Shown: positions 1-14,512 of the stretch, piece by piece
Layout: every line of letters starts with the position of its first letter
Position numbering within the stretch: position 1 is the first letter of the stretch
Source: Octopus sinensis
Taxonomy: Eukaryota
Reading direction: 5' to 3'
DNA: 64,000 nucleotides
NCBI RefSeq assembly: GCF_006345805.1
Contig: NC_043004.1
Span: forward strand, 43,152,001-43,216,000
Notes under the pieces: model-generated
The model's input: the letters and a program-made list of their open reading frames with translations, nothing else
Database searches by the model: none
What the model was told of the DNA's origin: nothing
Program-made: the position numbers and the translations under genes

Positions 1-114
1 CCTAACCCTAAAAGAAATTGAAATGCAATAGATCGATTCTAGGGTCATAATTATGGGTGACAATTTTATATGACACCGCTAGAAAAAAACTGCCGTTCAA
101 ACCGAGAAGATCCC
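1..114 (-). mobile_element. Partial copy (one TIR end) of the MITE seen intact at 16855-17293
   Basis: 1-114 is the reverse complement of about 16855-16970, including the TIR aaaactgccgttcaaaccgagaagatcc and a CCTAACCCTAA telomere-like motif. Confidence 0.8.
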
Positions 115-441
115 GAAAGTGTTAAATATAATTGTGCACAGTTATATTTCAATCACCGTTTCCCGGTTAACATCTAAATAAGTTCAGCTTGACCAAGACT
201 TTAACTGATTCGACATTTTATTTTTGTATCGTTCAAATTTACGATTAACGATCCCCCGTATGCAGTGAACTGTAGATTTGATGAAGGAAGCTGATAAATC
301 GTACCCACACAGAAAGATATGGTATATGAAACGAAAATATCTTTCATAGCACAGTGGATTTCTGTCCCGCACACTCACATATACATACATACACACGCAA
401 ACACATACACACACATATATGTGTAGATATACTATATATAC

Positions 442-477
<36 letters not shown>

Positions 478-1076
478 ATTTATATACACATATACATACA
501 CACGCACGTGCACACACACAAATACTCATATACATGTACACATGTACATGTATATTCATGTGCATTTTCTTTTTCACTTGTATATTCTCAAACCATTAAT
601 AATGTAAAAATTATATTGGATGCTTTTATTCATGATACTAACCAGGTGTTCATGTATGCGGTTTGTTACGCTAATGATACCCTACTGCATCTCGTCTGTT
701 GATGCCCAGGCAGCGTTCATGCGTATACCACTGTTGACGACGCCAGACTGAATGATAATGCTCAGATGTGGAAACACTAGTAACATACGTTGGGTACCTG
801 CAGTTGGGAATGTATGTTTGACATGTTGACATGTTTATTTGCGAATCAATTATACACTGGAGTCTTCTGAATTCTCCTTTCTTTTAGTAGGATTTAGCAT
901 GTTTTATGAGACCATGGTTTACGATGATTAAATAGATTGATATTGCATGATTGACTTCGTGGTTAACGTTTGGAAGCTAGGATAATAATTAATGGTGTTT
1001 TCTTTGGGGAGTTTATGTAGCACACACATATACACGAACTCACTCACTCATATACGCAAACATATATACGGACACA

Positions 1077-1128
<52 letters not shown>

Positions 1129-2411
1129 GTAGAAATATGTTATAAAAAGAAAATATAAAATACACGTGGAAATATAAGGGTAAAACATGAAAAATCAACG
1201 AAAATGCACTTTGCAAATAAAAAAAGGCTATTTATGATAGGTAACGACAAATATATACATTTATATATATATATATATATATATACCGAAACACATGCGG
1301 ATATATATTGACACTTTCTCATAACGACAGATTTCCTTTTAATATTTTTTTCTGTTTCTTTCATTCAACGGTAGACACCAACACATAACAGCACTCGTCA
1401 AAAATATCAATTCTAAAGCATAATATACCCCCACTGAACATATTTTTCTAGGGAAAATACCGTCAGCCTATATAGGAAAAATTTCAGTGTCAGAATTAAG
1501 ATAAATCAACACTTACGTGCAAACATTAACTAACACCGAAGAGAATACTAGCCAAAAATGTTTCGCAAAAAGAAACCAACCAAAAACCAACAAAAACACT
1601 TATTCACTGAGATCTTCGTGTATAGAAAGGAAAGCATACTTCTTAGGCAGTTTACTTCAGTTTCTTGGTAAATAAAAACCCAATGATTTTCAATAATCAA
1701 AAAATCCTTTATCAAAAGAAAAATGTCAGCAATCAATGGACACGAATCACACTCGATTAAAAAACACCCTCGCTTTAGAAAAATGCTACATAGCATCTAA
1801 CGGTATATATACAATCATGTCAACATACACAGCTTAGTGCAAACTAGATGACTATGTATTTGCAGGTTTGTGACTACGTACTTTAGATCAGTGAAGAATT
1901 GTACGTAAAATTACAGTTGACCGGCACTAAATAATCCCTATTGGGAAATGAATCTTCTCAAATTTAACTTCTATAACTGTTCACTAACAATATGTAAACT
2001 TAGACATTTACCAACACGAACAAGCCCACAGTAAGATATTCAGTTACAAAAACACAAACGAAATAGTCACACGCACATATTTTTTCAATGTCTTCAATTT
2101 TACTCTCAAGGAAAATAAGTGAGGAACCTCGTAGGAATTCCAACCTAATTACTCTATATATCACACTAAATCTTTAAAAAAAATATTGGAATGGTACGCT
2201 TCTTAATGCGGGCATATGTCACTGTGCTTCGGATAATGGCTTCATTTTCAAACGGGGAATACATTTGACCATATTATTCATCGGTTATTCCTGAGTTGTA
2301 ATTCAGCATAAAAAAAACAAGATTTAAAATATGCAATTAAGATATTAAGATTTTAATTTATGGTACTATGTATATGGATACCAAAAATGGTATACGATAT
2401 ATATATATATC

Positions 2412-2468
<57 letters not shown>

Positions 2469-3202
2469 CTTTGTCTGTGTTTCTGGTCTGCATATGCATA
2501 TAATATATAAAGATATAATTTATTACCAAACTATATTAGGTCTGCTGAAGACATCTCCGAAAGACGGAGCCCCTCCATGTCAAAACGGTAGAGGAGTAGG
2601 GGCCGAAACCGGAGGTTGTTCCTCCTGATGATGTCTGGAGCTAACTGGGTCCTATAAAGGAGCTCTTGTGGTAGCAGACCACGAAACATGTTTGAAATTC
2701 ACCATACATAAATGTGTGTACGGTGGTTATGTTTATACGAGCGTGTTTAGAAGTAAGAAAATACAGTTTGTGTGCTGCAGAAAATGTCCCAAATTTTTTG
2801 AAACACATATTGAATGATAGCAATTATTAAAATAAAAATTTACTGTGATCTACGACATATAGTAAACAACGATAAAGAACATCATGTGGAAGAAGACGCT
2901 TGCAAAATACTAACTATGGTGATAAAAATGAAATGCCAGGGACTTCCGTTCCAGTGAAAAATGTACTTTCAGACAATTCAGTGGGCATGAATTTTGAGTA
3001 ACAGTTAACATAATATAATTTACTTTCCTGTATGAATGATTTAAGTTTATTTTTGACCTCCCCATTCTTTCAAACACCAATTAGATAGTTAACTCGCTTT
3101 GTGATAATGAGTGCACAAAACCTAACGTGTGCGTATGCTTGTATGAGCGAGTGTACTCGCGCCATACATCTTTACCGTTATTTTAGCGAGTTGTGTTTCT
3201 TC

Positions 3203-3268
3203 ATCACCCGATGAGATATATCTACACCGCCGGATCGGTGCTAGATATGTCGAAACAATGGTAGGGAT
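3203..3268 (+). ncRNA. Type I hammerhead-like motif with CCGATGA core
   Basis: Core CCGATGA at 3208-3214; 9-bp stem II gatatatct/agatatgtc with inner caccg/cggtg; GAAA at 3252-3255; stem III AC-aatg-GT; GUA site at 3261-3263; stem I atcac/gggat with one mismatch. Confidence 0.65.
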
Positions 3269-3749
3269 CAATAATAAATTCTCGTATATTCCAACTACCG
3301 TCTTTCATTTGCCATATATGTTTGTGTGTGCGCGCGCGTGTGTGTATGTGTACACGCAAAGATTGTAGATCTTTAGTATTTTCCTTCTTTCTGTTTTGAT
3401 GTATACATATATATATATATGTTTTGTATATCCAGCCCCAACTGCCACATTTAATTTGTTTATCGCATAATTGCCTGTACCTGCTCACCTACATTCCTCT
3501 CATAGCCACTCTTCACCATATGGAATTGGTCCCTCGAGGAATAAGTTCTAATAATTTAAGTGCCACTTTTTTTCTCTATACTAAAAACTTCCTGGATATA
3601 TATATAAAGTATAGCAGCCATCTTATCATGGCTAACCACATAGGGGAGGGGGTGTTACTGTAGCTTTATGGCCCCAAGAGATCGTCGTCTGTAGCTGGAT
3701 TTAGACACCATATCAGTGCCCTTGAAGTATTTGCAAAGCCTGAGTGATA

Positions 3750-3791
3750 CGCTCGGACTAGTTTCGGAATATTTGTCCCTTGTCAACGGCG
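3750..3791 (-). ncRNA. Minimal type I hammerhead with U3:A8 core (TTGACAA)
   Basis: Minus strand reads cgccg TTGACAA ggga-caaata-ttcc GAA ACTAGT C cgagcg: stem I of 5 bp with a bulge, stem II of 4 bp, palindromic stem III, GUC site. Confidence 0.7.
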
Positions 3792-3801
3792 GTAACCACC
3801 A

Positions 3802-3862
<61 letters not shown>

Positions 3863-3902
3863 AGGAAGTATGTATGTATCTATTTGTATCTATCTATCTA
3901 TC

Positions 3903-3934
<32 letters not shown>

Positions 3935-3972
3935 GGAATAAAAAATGGAGTTAACGCAGGTTTAAACAAGTA

Positions 3973-4070
3973 TTTTTTCTTTCTACATATGTTTCAAAAA
4001 TTCCACTGATACTTATTCAAAAGAATAAAGGGTATAAACAATGCAATCTTCTCTTCGGGAAAGCGAAAAA
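3973..4070 (-). ncRNA. Type I hammerhead-like motif in PLE 3' UTR (CCGAAGA core)
   Basis: Minus strand: ctttc CCGAAGA gaagatt...aattttt GAA ACATATGT A gaaag. Stem I 5 bp, palindromic stem III, GUA site at 3984, G-U closing pair on stem II. Confidence 0.65.
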
Positions 4071-4264
4071 ACGAAACTTGTCAATACGACATTTTAGCAA
4101 AAAATGATGGATTCGTATAGCGATAGACAAAACGCTATTAATATTGTTTAAAAAAACGTTATATGATATAACGTCATAAGTAGCTAACAGAAAGAGTAGG
4201 GATATTAATAGTGAATGTTAAATATAAAGGAAATTAAAGTCTAAACTATATATAATGATAGAGA

Positions 4265-5800
4265 CTACTTATATGCACTAAAAGTATGTTTTTGCCAATG
4301 CTTACATCTGTATGCTCGTTCTATAACCGTGTTTACTAGAGTATTTTTAGAAAAAATAATGAAAAATAGCTCAGAATTGCAGAGAAGACAGAATTTCTTG
4401 CCTTTGTCATATGGTATCGAAATTGTGAGGATCAACCATTCCAAATGAAATTGTTCATTGTGGTCTTTTAAATTCCAAATCAGTTTGCTGAGACCGGTAC
4501 TATTCCGTTTATTTCTATCCCTAAATGTTGAGTAATGGATAGAAATTCTCTTAGATAACTCTAACGATGTGCTTCCAATGTAAAGTCGTACTTTATTACG
4601 AGTACTGATTATACACTGGTATATAGAATTTTTAATCTTAGAGTTACTTGACATAAATTTAATTCTATTGGGATTGACTTCAGATACAATAACCTTGTTA
4701 TTAATATTTCTAGAGGGTTGGATGGTAGTAGCTAAATTAATGTTAGTATTAGTAAATGTATTAATATTTAACAGTTTGTTATTATGAGAAGATATAATTT
4801 GCAAGAGATTTTTTGTGTTTGAAAAACCTATCCTAACCTTATGTGAATTAATTATAGAGTAATATCTAGAATTATTTGGAAAATTCCTAGCAATAGCTTG
4901 ACGAAACAGCAGTGGGAGATTAGATTTAATTTGTCTCCCGTAAGGAATTTTTAACCAAATATTTTTACTAGTATTCATAGCGTAATTACTTTTGAAGGTG
5001 TTATATTTACTTTTAGATCGGTAATAGGGGAATAAATAAGGGTTATCTGCCTTCATTCGCTTTGTATCGGTGCGTAAGTTATGTTGTTATCAATAATTCT
5101 TTTACGACTAGAAATCTTATCTACATTATTGAATTTACAATTAGACTGAGCAGAATCAATGTAGAAATTTTTTTCTGTATAACCTGCTTTGATTAAGGCA
5201 GAGTTATAGAATTCAGCGTTATTATTGAAAATATCAACATTAGCAGATAATTTAGATAATCTAAATGAAATATTCTTAACTAAATTCTTAGTAATTGCTC
5301 CAGGATGCTAAATTTGCTAATGTACTTAAGATTGGTCAACGGTTTATGATATGGGAAGTAAGAGTCACTGTGTAAATTAAGCGTAATATCTAAAAAGTTG
5401 GCCTTCGTCAGATCGTCATCAAAAACGATTTTTAAGCCCATTCTACTGAAAACATTAACTAAACTGTTCTTAACTTTTTGTACCTTTTGGTTAGAAACAT
5501 TTTGGAGGTAAAGTAAACAATCATCACGATATAGACCTCCATAAATGTTAGGGAACTCTGCTGCCATTTCAAAAAGAATATATATACAGACCAAATCAGC
5601 TATCTGTGCTGAATCAGAACTTCCCATAGGTATATCGAAACTATCTGGTGTGTCTTTACGGACCCACAACTTATCATCAAATTTAATAATAGATCTTCTG
5701 GCTGCCAACACAACATTAATTTCTTCTCGGGTGAGACCAGCTTTGTTATGAGCAAGCCAAAGTGCCTTATTAAGTACTATTGGATTAATAGACGAATAAA
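4265..5800 (-). pseudogene. PLE reverse transcriptase/GIY-YIG endonuclease, frameshifted near 5280
   Basis: The RT palm reads through to ..KYISKFS and then shifts frame; downstream AEFYNSALIKAGY matches AEFYNAALSKAGY in the 53-kb ORF. Confidence 0.88.
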
Positions 5801-5805
5801 AATTA

Positions 5806-7243
5806 GAATTCTATAACTCTGCCTTAATCAAAGCAGGTTATACAGAAAAAAATTTCTACATTGATTCTGCTCAGTCTAATTGTAAATTCAATAATGTAGA
5901 TAAGATTTCTAGTCGTAAAAGAATTATTGATAACAAACATAACTTACGCACCGATACAAAGCGAATGAAGGCAGATAACCCTTATTTATTCCCCTATTAC
6001 CGATCTAAAAGTAAATATAACACCTTCAAAAGTAATTACGCTATGAATACTAGTAAAAATATTTGGTTAATAATTCCTTACGGGAGACAAATTAAATCTA
6101 ATCTCCCACTGCTGTGTCGTCAAGCTATTGCTAGGAATTTTCCAAATAATTCTAGATATTAATTCTATAATTAATTCTATAATTAATTCACATAAGGTTA
6201 GGATAGGTTTTTCAAACACAAAAAATCTCTTGCAAATTATATCTTCTCATAATAACAAACTGTTAAATATTAATACATTTACTAATACTAACATTAATTT
6301 AGCTACTACCATCCAACCCTCTAGAAATATTAATAACAAGGTTATTGTATCTGAAGTCAATCCCAATAGAATTAAATTTATGTCAAGTAACTCTAAGATT
6401 AAAAATTCTATATACCAGTGTATAATCAGTACTCGTAATAAAGTACGATTTTACATTGGAAGCACATCGTTAGAGTTATCTAAGAGAATTTCTATCCATT
6501 ACTCAACATTTAGGGATAGAAATAAACGGAATAGTACCGGTCTCAGCAAACTGATTTGGAATTTAAAAGACCACAATGAACAATTTCATTTGGAATGGTT
6601 GATCCTCTCAATTTCGATACCATATGACAAAGGCAAGAAATTCTGTCTTCTCTGCAATTCTGAGCTATTTTTCATTATTTTTTCTAAAGATACTCTAGTA
6701 AACACGGTTATAGAACGAGCATACAGATGTAAGCATTGGCAAAAACATACTTTTAGTGCATATAAGTAGTCTCTATCATTATATATAGTTTAGACTTTAA
6801 TTTCCTTTATATTTAACATTCACTATTAATATCCCTACTCTTTCTGTTAGCTACTTATGACGTTATATCATATAACGTTTTTTTAAACAATATTAATAGC
6901 GTTCTGTCTATCGCTATACGAATCCATCATTTTTTGCTAAAATGTCGTATTGACAAGTTTCGTTTTTTCTCTTTCTCGAAGAGAAGATTGCATTGTTTAT
7001 ACCCTTTATTCTTTTGAATAAGTATCAGTGGAATTTTTGAAACATATGTAGAAAGAAAAAATACTTGTTTAAACCTGCGTTAACTCCATTTTTTATTCCT
7101 ATTATTCAAATATTCAACGTAAAGACGAAGTTTCAACTTTTATAAACAAGGATTTACAACATCTTTACTTGTGAGATTTTTGCTGCCCTGGTAACTATTC
7201 ATTCATTTATCCGTGTTAATTGTTAACAAGGTAAAATAAACTC

Positions 7244-7245
<2 letters not shown>
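5806..7245 (+). mobile_element. 5'-truncated Penelope-like element, right member of the inverted pair, with full 3' tail
   Basis: 5806-7102 is the reverse complement of 3932-5214 (about 99% identical by eye). ORFs 5965-6162 and 6128-6769 encode thumb + GIY-YIG. The tail 7103-7245 runs into (TA)n. Confidence 0.92.
6963..7061 (+). ncRNA. Hammerhead-like motif in PLE 3' UTR (mutated TCGAAGA core)
   Basis: Same fold as 3973-4070, but C3 has become T at 6976; GUA site at 7048-7050. Confidence 0.55.
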
Positions 7246-7296
<51 letters not shown>

Positions 7297-7330
7297 ATAT
7301 ATATATATATATATAATATATATATATATA

Positions 7331-9726
<2,396 letters not shown>

Positions 9727-9735
9727 ATATATATA

Positions 9736-9793
<58 letters not shown>

Positions 9794-9798
9794 TATAT

Positions 9799-10025
9799 GT
9801 GACAATTATTCGGTTGCCGTAATAAAACTCAGAGTTTCGGATGCCGGGCCAAAAATTTGATCTGGCCTCTCGTCAGTTACTAAGACGATCAAAAATGTTA
9901 TGAAAAATTACTATTAAGATGTTACTATTAAGACAAACGACAGAGCTATGAGAATAACCGTTAAATGAAGGGAAAACATCCGAAGGGGAGAAAGTAAAAT
10001 CTAAAAAACGCTCATAGAATTCGCG
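9799..10025 (-). mobile_element. Probable PLE 3'-end fragment carrying a hammerhead-like motif (9820-9882)
   Basis: Minus strand: tagtaa CTGACGA gaggcca..tggcc cggcatcc GAA ACTCTGAGT T ttatta. Stem I 6 bp, near-palindromic stem III, imperfect stem II base. Ends at (TA)n; homologous to 62372-62470. Confidence 0.55.
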
Positions 10026-10445
10026 TATGCGCAGATATACATGCATACACATGCTCGGACGCACACCCACGTCCATGTGCCTACATGCAAATGCTCACTC
10101 ACACTCGCATATAGATACCGGCACACACATGCACACACACACACGCATATATACCCATAAACGCGCAAATATGATCATATGCACGTCTAAATATGCAAAA
10201 ATATATAATGCATAAAAAATATTTAAAAATATATATAAAAATATGTAAAAAAATATATATATAAATATAGAGAGATATAATGCTCGTATGCAATGATAAT
10301 TTTTGAAAACTAAAAACGAAATAAGTGGAAACTTTACAGGCGTGGGTGTTAATTTATAACGCACCAAAAATGAATGACTCTCCCCAGACACGACAGAATA
10401 GGATTTAGTACATAAACTTACATAAAGAATCTTGCAAACAAAATC

Positions 10446-10491
<46 letters not shown>

Positions 10492-10537
10492 ATATATATA
10501 ATATATATATATATTTATTTATTTATTTATATACACG

Positions 10538-10583
<46 letters not shown>

Positions 10584-10949
10584 ATTATTTATTTATTTAT
10601 TTATATATACATGTATATATATAGATTTATATATGTATATATAAATAACTTTAACTTTGATAATTTTGATAAGTCTGGGTCAGTAGAGGCCCAGATCATG
10701 TCTAACTTAATAGCACCACCTGGTGAAGTCCTTTAGTCATACATGTGATAACATAGCCCACTACAATAATGAGGTATTACTGTTGGAGTCATATACAGTT
10801 ATAAGAGGTTGGTCCGGGATTTTTTAAAGGAATTTGTCCAGAAAGCATTTGACTTTTATGACATCCGTTTTGACGTATTTTCTATGGTATTAGAGTGAGC
10901 TGGACCGGTTGAGGTAAAGTAAATGTGACGTAATGTTGCTCTGTGTACC

Positions 10950-11523
10950 GAGTTCAATTTTTGTGGTGGGCGGATAGCACGGGGTCCAACTCTTGGATCG
11001 ATTTTAAAATTGATGCCAACATAATTTGTGCAATATTGTTGGAATATTTTCCGCGTAATACAAATGACGTAGCGCTTCCGGTGGCGTTGGAGAGAGTAGA
11101 GGTTGAATTTTCTTTAATTGACCCCAATAAACAAAGTCTCTCATGTTGTCTATCTTTCTTCTTATGGACCTCTGAAGTGCTTCTGGTTTCATAATGAGTT
11201 GTTTTGTATGGGAGGGGGAACATAGTGGCTAACAATTCTCAAGGTGGGGTCGGGCAAAAGTAGAGTAGAAAATGATGATTGTGTAGGCATCTCTAGACCA
11301 GAAAGTTCTCAGAATCCTGGAGCACATCTTGCGGGCCAAGAGAACCTTGCTGCTTACGTGGGAATTCCAGCTTAGATTTTTATCAACAATCACTCCAAGA
11401 TCGCTGCTATTGTTGGATGACACTAGGGAGTCGCCTGAGGGAAGAGCATATGGTAATTTCATAATTTCTTCCTTCCTACACTGGATGAAATCAAACTTAT
11501 CTTCATTTAAATGCATCGTGTTA
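10950..11523 (-). pseudogene. CR1/L2-like LINE RT C-terminal fragment
   Basis: DLGVIVDKNLSW, ILRTFWSRD, ARPHLENC, then ALQRSIRRKIDNMRDFVYW in ORF 11004-11192. These motifs are typical of the C-terminus of CR1/L2/Jockey-group RTs. Confidence 0.75.
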
Positions 11524-11745
11524 GGTGTGGGGTTGAAGGATAGAGGACAATAGTAGGATGTGTCTTGAGGTTGGCGGACAGCTTCAGCATTATAGAGGAC
11601 TACGCACCACACCACAACGGTCCCAGCCTTGTCAGCCGGTTTTATGAAGTTGTATTTTCGGCGTCGGAGTCCTCGAAGGCCCGAGAGCTCGGCCGGAGAG
11701 ATGTTAAAATGTCGGGGACCACTCCGAAAGTTAAACAAGTCCACA
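11524..11745 (-). pseudogene. PLE N-terminal (pre-RT) fragment
   Basis: NISPAELSGLRGL..IKPADKAGTVVVW...YNAEAVRQPQDTSYY..LSFNPT matches the conserved PLE motif IKPADKGGAVVV..Y..EA.RQL.D..Y..L..DPT. Confidence 0.7.
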
Positions 11746-12699
11746 ACACGTCAGCATATACTTGCAAAATGACCAACAGCATGAAACTGGCCAGGAGCAG
11801 CGTCCAGTTGGAAGGCCGACGGCCCAAGTCGGAGAAACAAGCCTCTTCATTAGATGTAGGTGTAATGATGTGAAATAGTACACATACCCTGACGAGGCAC
11901 AAAAAGCTTGGGAGAGAGAAAGAGATTGAGAGAAATAGGGAGAAAGAGAGAGAGGAAATAGCAGTTTGAACCATCGACACCATGCCAGCATTTTAATTGC
12001 AGGTAAAAGTCTCTAATTTTGCTTCTGCACCGCATATCTGTTTTGCCCACATTGATGGTGTTTATCTGTTGTGCTCCGATGTTTTTGAGTTCTCTCTTTT
12101 TTAGTCCTTTCATGTCATTGGTTGTTTACTGTGGTGTGACCAGTTCCAGTATAAGTGTTTCGTTCGTAACATATGTAGAGATGCCCTTCGGTCAAGAATG
12201 ACGATGAGTTCACGTATAAAGTTCCCCGCACAGACACAAGTCATGGCAAGGATATTTATGGAAGATCAACAGTCATCCATGCATATGAGACTGCCCTCTT
12301 CACGCCACGGATGTCATCCAAAGGAAAGGCCAAAACAACTTGAAGGCCTAAACGTCGAAATCATCATCATCTTCTTCTTCTTCATCATCATCACTAATTT
12401 GCTCGCCAATGACATGGAGTATAAATGGATTTTTATCGGATATTTAAAGTTTTTATATCTACACCAGTGCTCAGCTGGTACTTATTTTAAGTTGACCTCA
12501 GCAAAATTTGAGTTCAGTTCGTAAACACGGACGCTGTCCAAATCATTTATCCCGGTCAATAACGATTCTGCAAGTAAAAATTAATATAACGCGCGTGTAT
12601 TCTATATTGAATAAGTAACATTATTTTGAAATTTGGAAAACAGTACAACGTTAGTCGACGGAAAACGAAACAATATTACAAAATATTTCCTATTGTGAG

Positions 12700-12862
12700 G
12701 AGGAGGAAGTCGAGTACTTCAACCCCAGTGTGAAACCGGTGCTTAGTTTATCGAGCCCGGAAGGGTGAGATCCCAAAATTTGAACTCAGAAAATCAGGGC
12801 GGTCGAAATGTCGCTAAGCAATTTCCCCGACATGTTAACTTTCACTGCCAGCTCTCCGCCTT
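12700..12862 (-). mobile_element. SINE family B, old copy
   Basis: Diverged match to the 14194-14426 head (aaggcggagagctggcag..gagttcaaattt). Confidence 0.6.
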
Positions 12863-14193
12863 AGACTTACGAAATAATGAACACGATAAAGCTAAATGCA
12901 TAAAAGAAACTAGAAACTTGGAAGTTATCTGACTGACTCTGTATTGTTGAAGAAAATCTAATACGTATAGACATGGCAGCTGCCCCTCTAATATATTATA
13001 ACTGTGATTTTCTGAATTAAATGTTACATGATTTAGCGAGACAACTCAGAAAAGAAAAAAAAAACATAGATGCACTAACTGTATATTGAAAGCAGTCAAC
13101 AATCTCATTTAATTTATTTATCCAGTGTATAGTTATATAACAGTCCGCTGCTTCCTATATTCTATTTAAAAGTCTGTGGTCTGATATTACAAATACATGC
13201 CATATATAAGTGAAACACAGGCTATTGCCTTGCTATATACTGTAAAACATAATATGTCGAAATATGTTATACAAAATATTGAACAATGGAGTAAACTAGA
13301 GTCTTTGTTTGCATAAAGAACATTGTAATGGACTGAGAGAGAGGAAGTAGGAATAATATAATCCTGTTTGGAAATATAATAAATGACGTACGTCCTTTAA
13401 TAATTTTCCAGAGTAACACCGATTATGAATCTACTATTATGAATGTCTCAATTGAAGACAGTGGATGGTTTTTCCGATTAAAAATATGTTACAAACTTAC
13501 AGTATCAAATAGACAACTATATCTTATCCGGTGGATATATCTGGCTTGTATGTATAACAATAAAAAAACCCCGCATATACTAACTTCTAATTAAATAGAC
13601 TGTATACTACGCTAAAACCATTAAATCAATCTATGTTTCTAACATTCTAGCACCCCTCCCTCTATCTCTCTCTCGCTATCTATCTATCTATCTATCTATC
13701 TATATATATATATATAAATTTACATACAATATGGAGAATACATAATTATAGTTTGTGCATCCTCCACTGATAATTATGTAGGGCATATACAGGAAAAAAT
13801 CTATATGAATAAATTTTCTTTGTCTCTCTTCAATTATATGTAATCAAAGTAATATTTTAGATACTGTGAATATATGTTAATAGCATGTTGGGGGTAGTGT
13901 ATGTTGTATTGATAACAAATTTAAAGAAGAAGGAGTATTTATGTAGCAATACGAAAGAAGAATGGAATTAATCGGAAAAATAAATTGGGAAATTTTTAAC
14001 ACAAATATATGGTGTCACCTTTACGCAGTTACTTCATTCTCTAATATATGGTATTTCTTTTAATAAGCTTCGTGTATTGTCACACTATTCATTGTTTCGA
14101 GCAATGGATATGGAAGGAATTGAACTTTCTTTCGATTTAAGTCGAAAATGTATAGAAAGATATATATCTAGGTTAAATTATATTCAGAATACC

Positions 14194-14426
14194 AAGGCGG
14201 TGACCTCGCAGAATCGTTAGCACGTCGGGCGAATTGCGTAGCCATATTTCGTTCTCCCTTACGCTCTGAGTTCAAATTCCGTCGAGGTCGATTTTGTCTT
14301 TCATCCTTTCGGGGTGGATAGATTAAGTACCAGTAACACACTTGGGTGGATGTAATCGACTTAATACGTTTGGCTGTCCTTGTTTGTCCCCTCTGTGTTT
14401 AGCCCCTTGTAGGTTGTAAAGAAATA
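14194..14426 (+). mobile_element. tRNA-derived SINE family B with 15-bp TSD
   Basis: Head aggcggtgacctcgcagaatcgttagcac..gagttcaaattcc (B-box-like). TSD tatattcagaatacc at 14179-14193 and 14427-14441. Confidence 0.85.
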
Positions 14427-14512
14427 TATATTCAGAATACCTGCAGTTCGTTTTCTCTTGGGGAGTAACTGTCACTGTAGATGCTGTTTTCAATATTTTG
14501 CCTTCCGTTTTA

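Larger units (their letters stand above)
3932..5805 (-). mobile_element. 5'-truncated Penelope-like element (RT + GIY-YIG), left member of an inverted pair
   Basis: ORF pieces 5280-5711 (PMGSSDSAQIADL, GLYRDD) and 4265-5056 (SIY..YIG, CLLC..E, CKH) are homologous to 53236-55365. The left end abuts (TA)n. Confidence 0.92.

Noticed and set aside
1-12. CCTAACCCTAA at the window start suggesting a telomere
   Set aside because: It is internal to the MITE family also seen at 16855-17293.
184-702. Overlapping ORFs rich in YI/CV/HT repeats (and dozens like them across the window)
   Set aside because: They are translations of (TA)n, (CA)n and (TG)n microsatellites that lack stop codons; no coding signal.
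730-790. ttgacga/ctgaatga followed by gaaacactagta
   Set aside because: No stem I pairing and no convincing stem II; not a supportable hammerhead.
2205-2295. Minus-strand CCGATGA with ataat..gg/ccattat pairing
   Set aside because: It is followed by GAAG rather than GAAA and has no NUH site or stem I; at most a relic.
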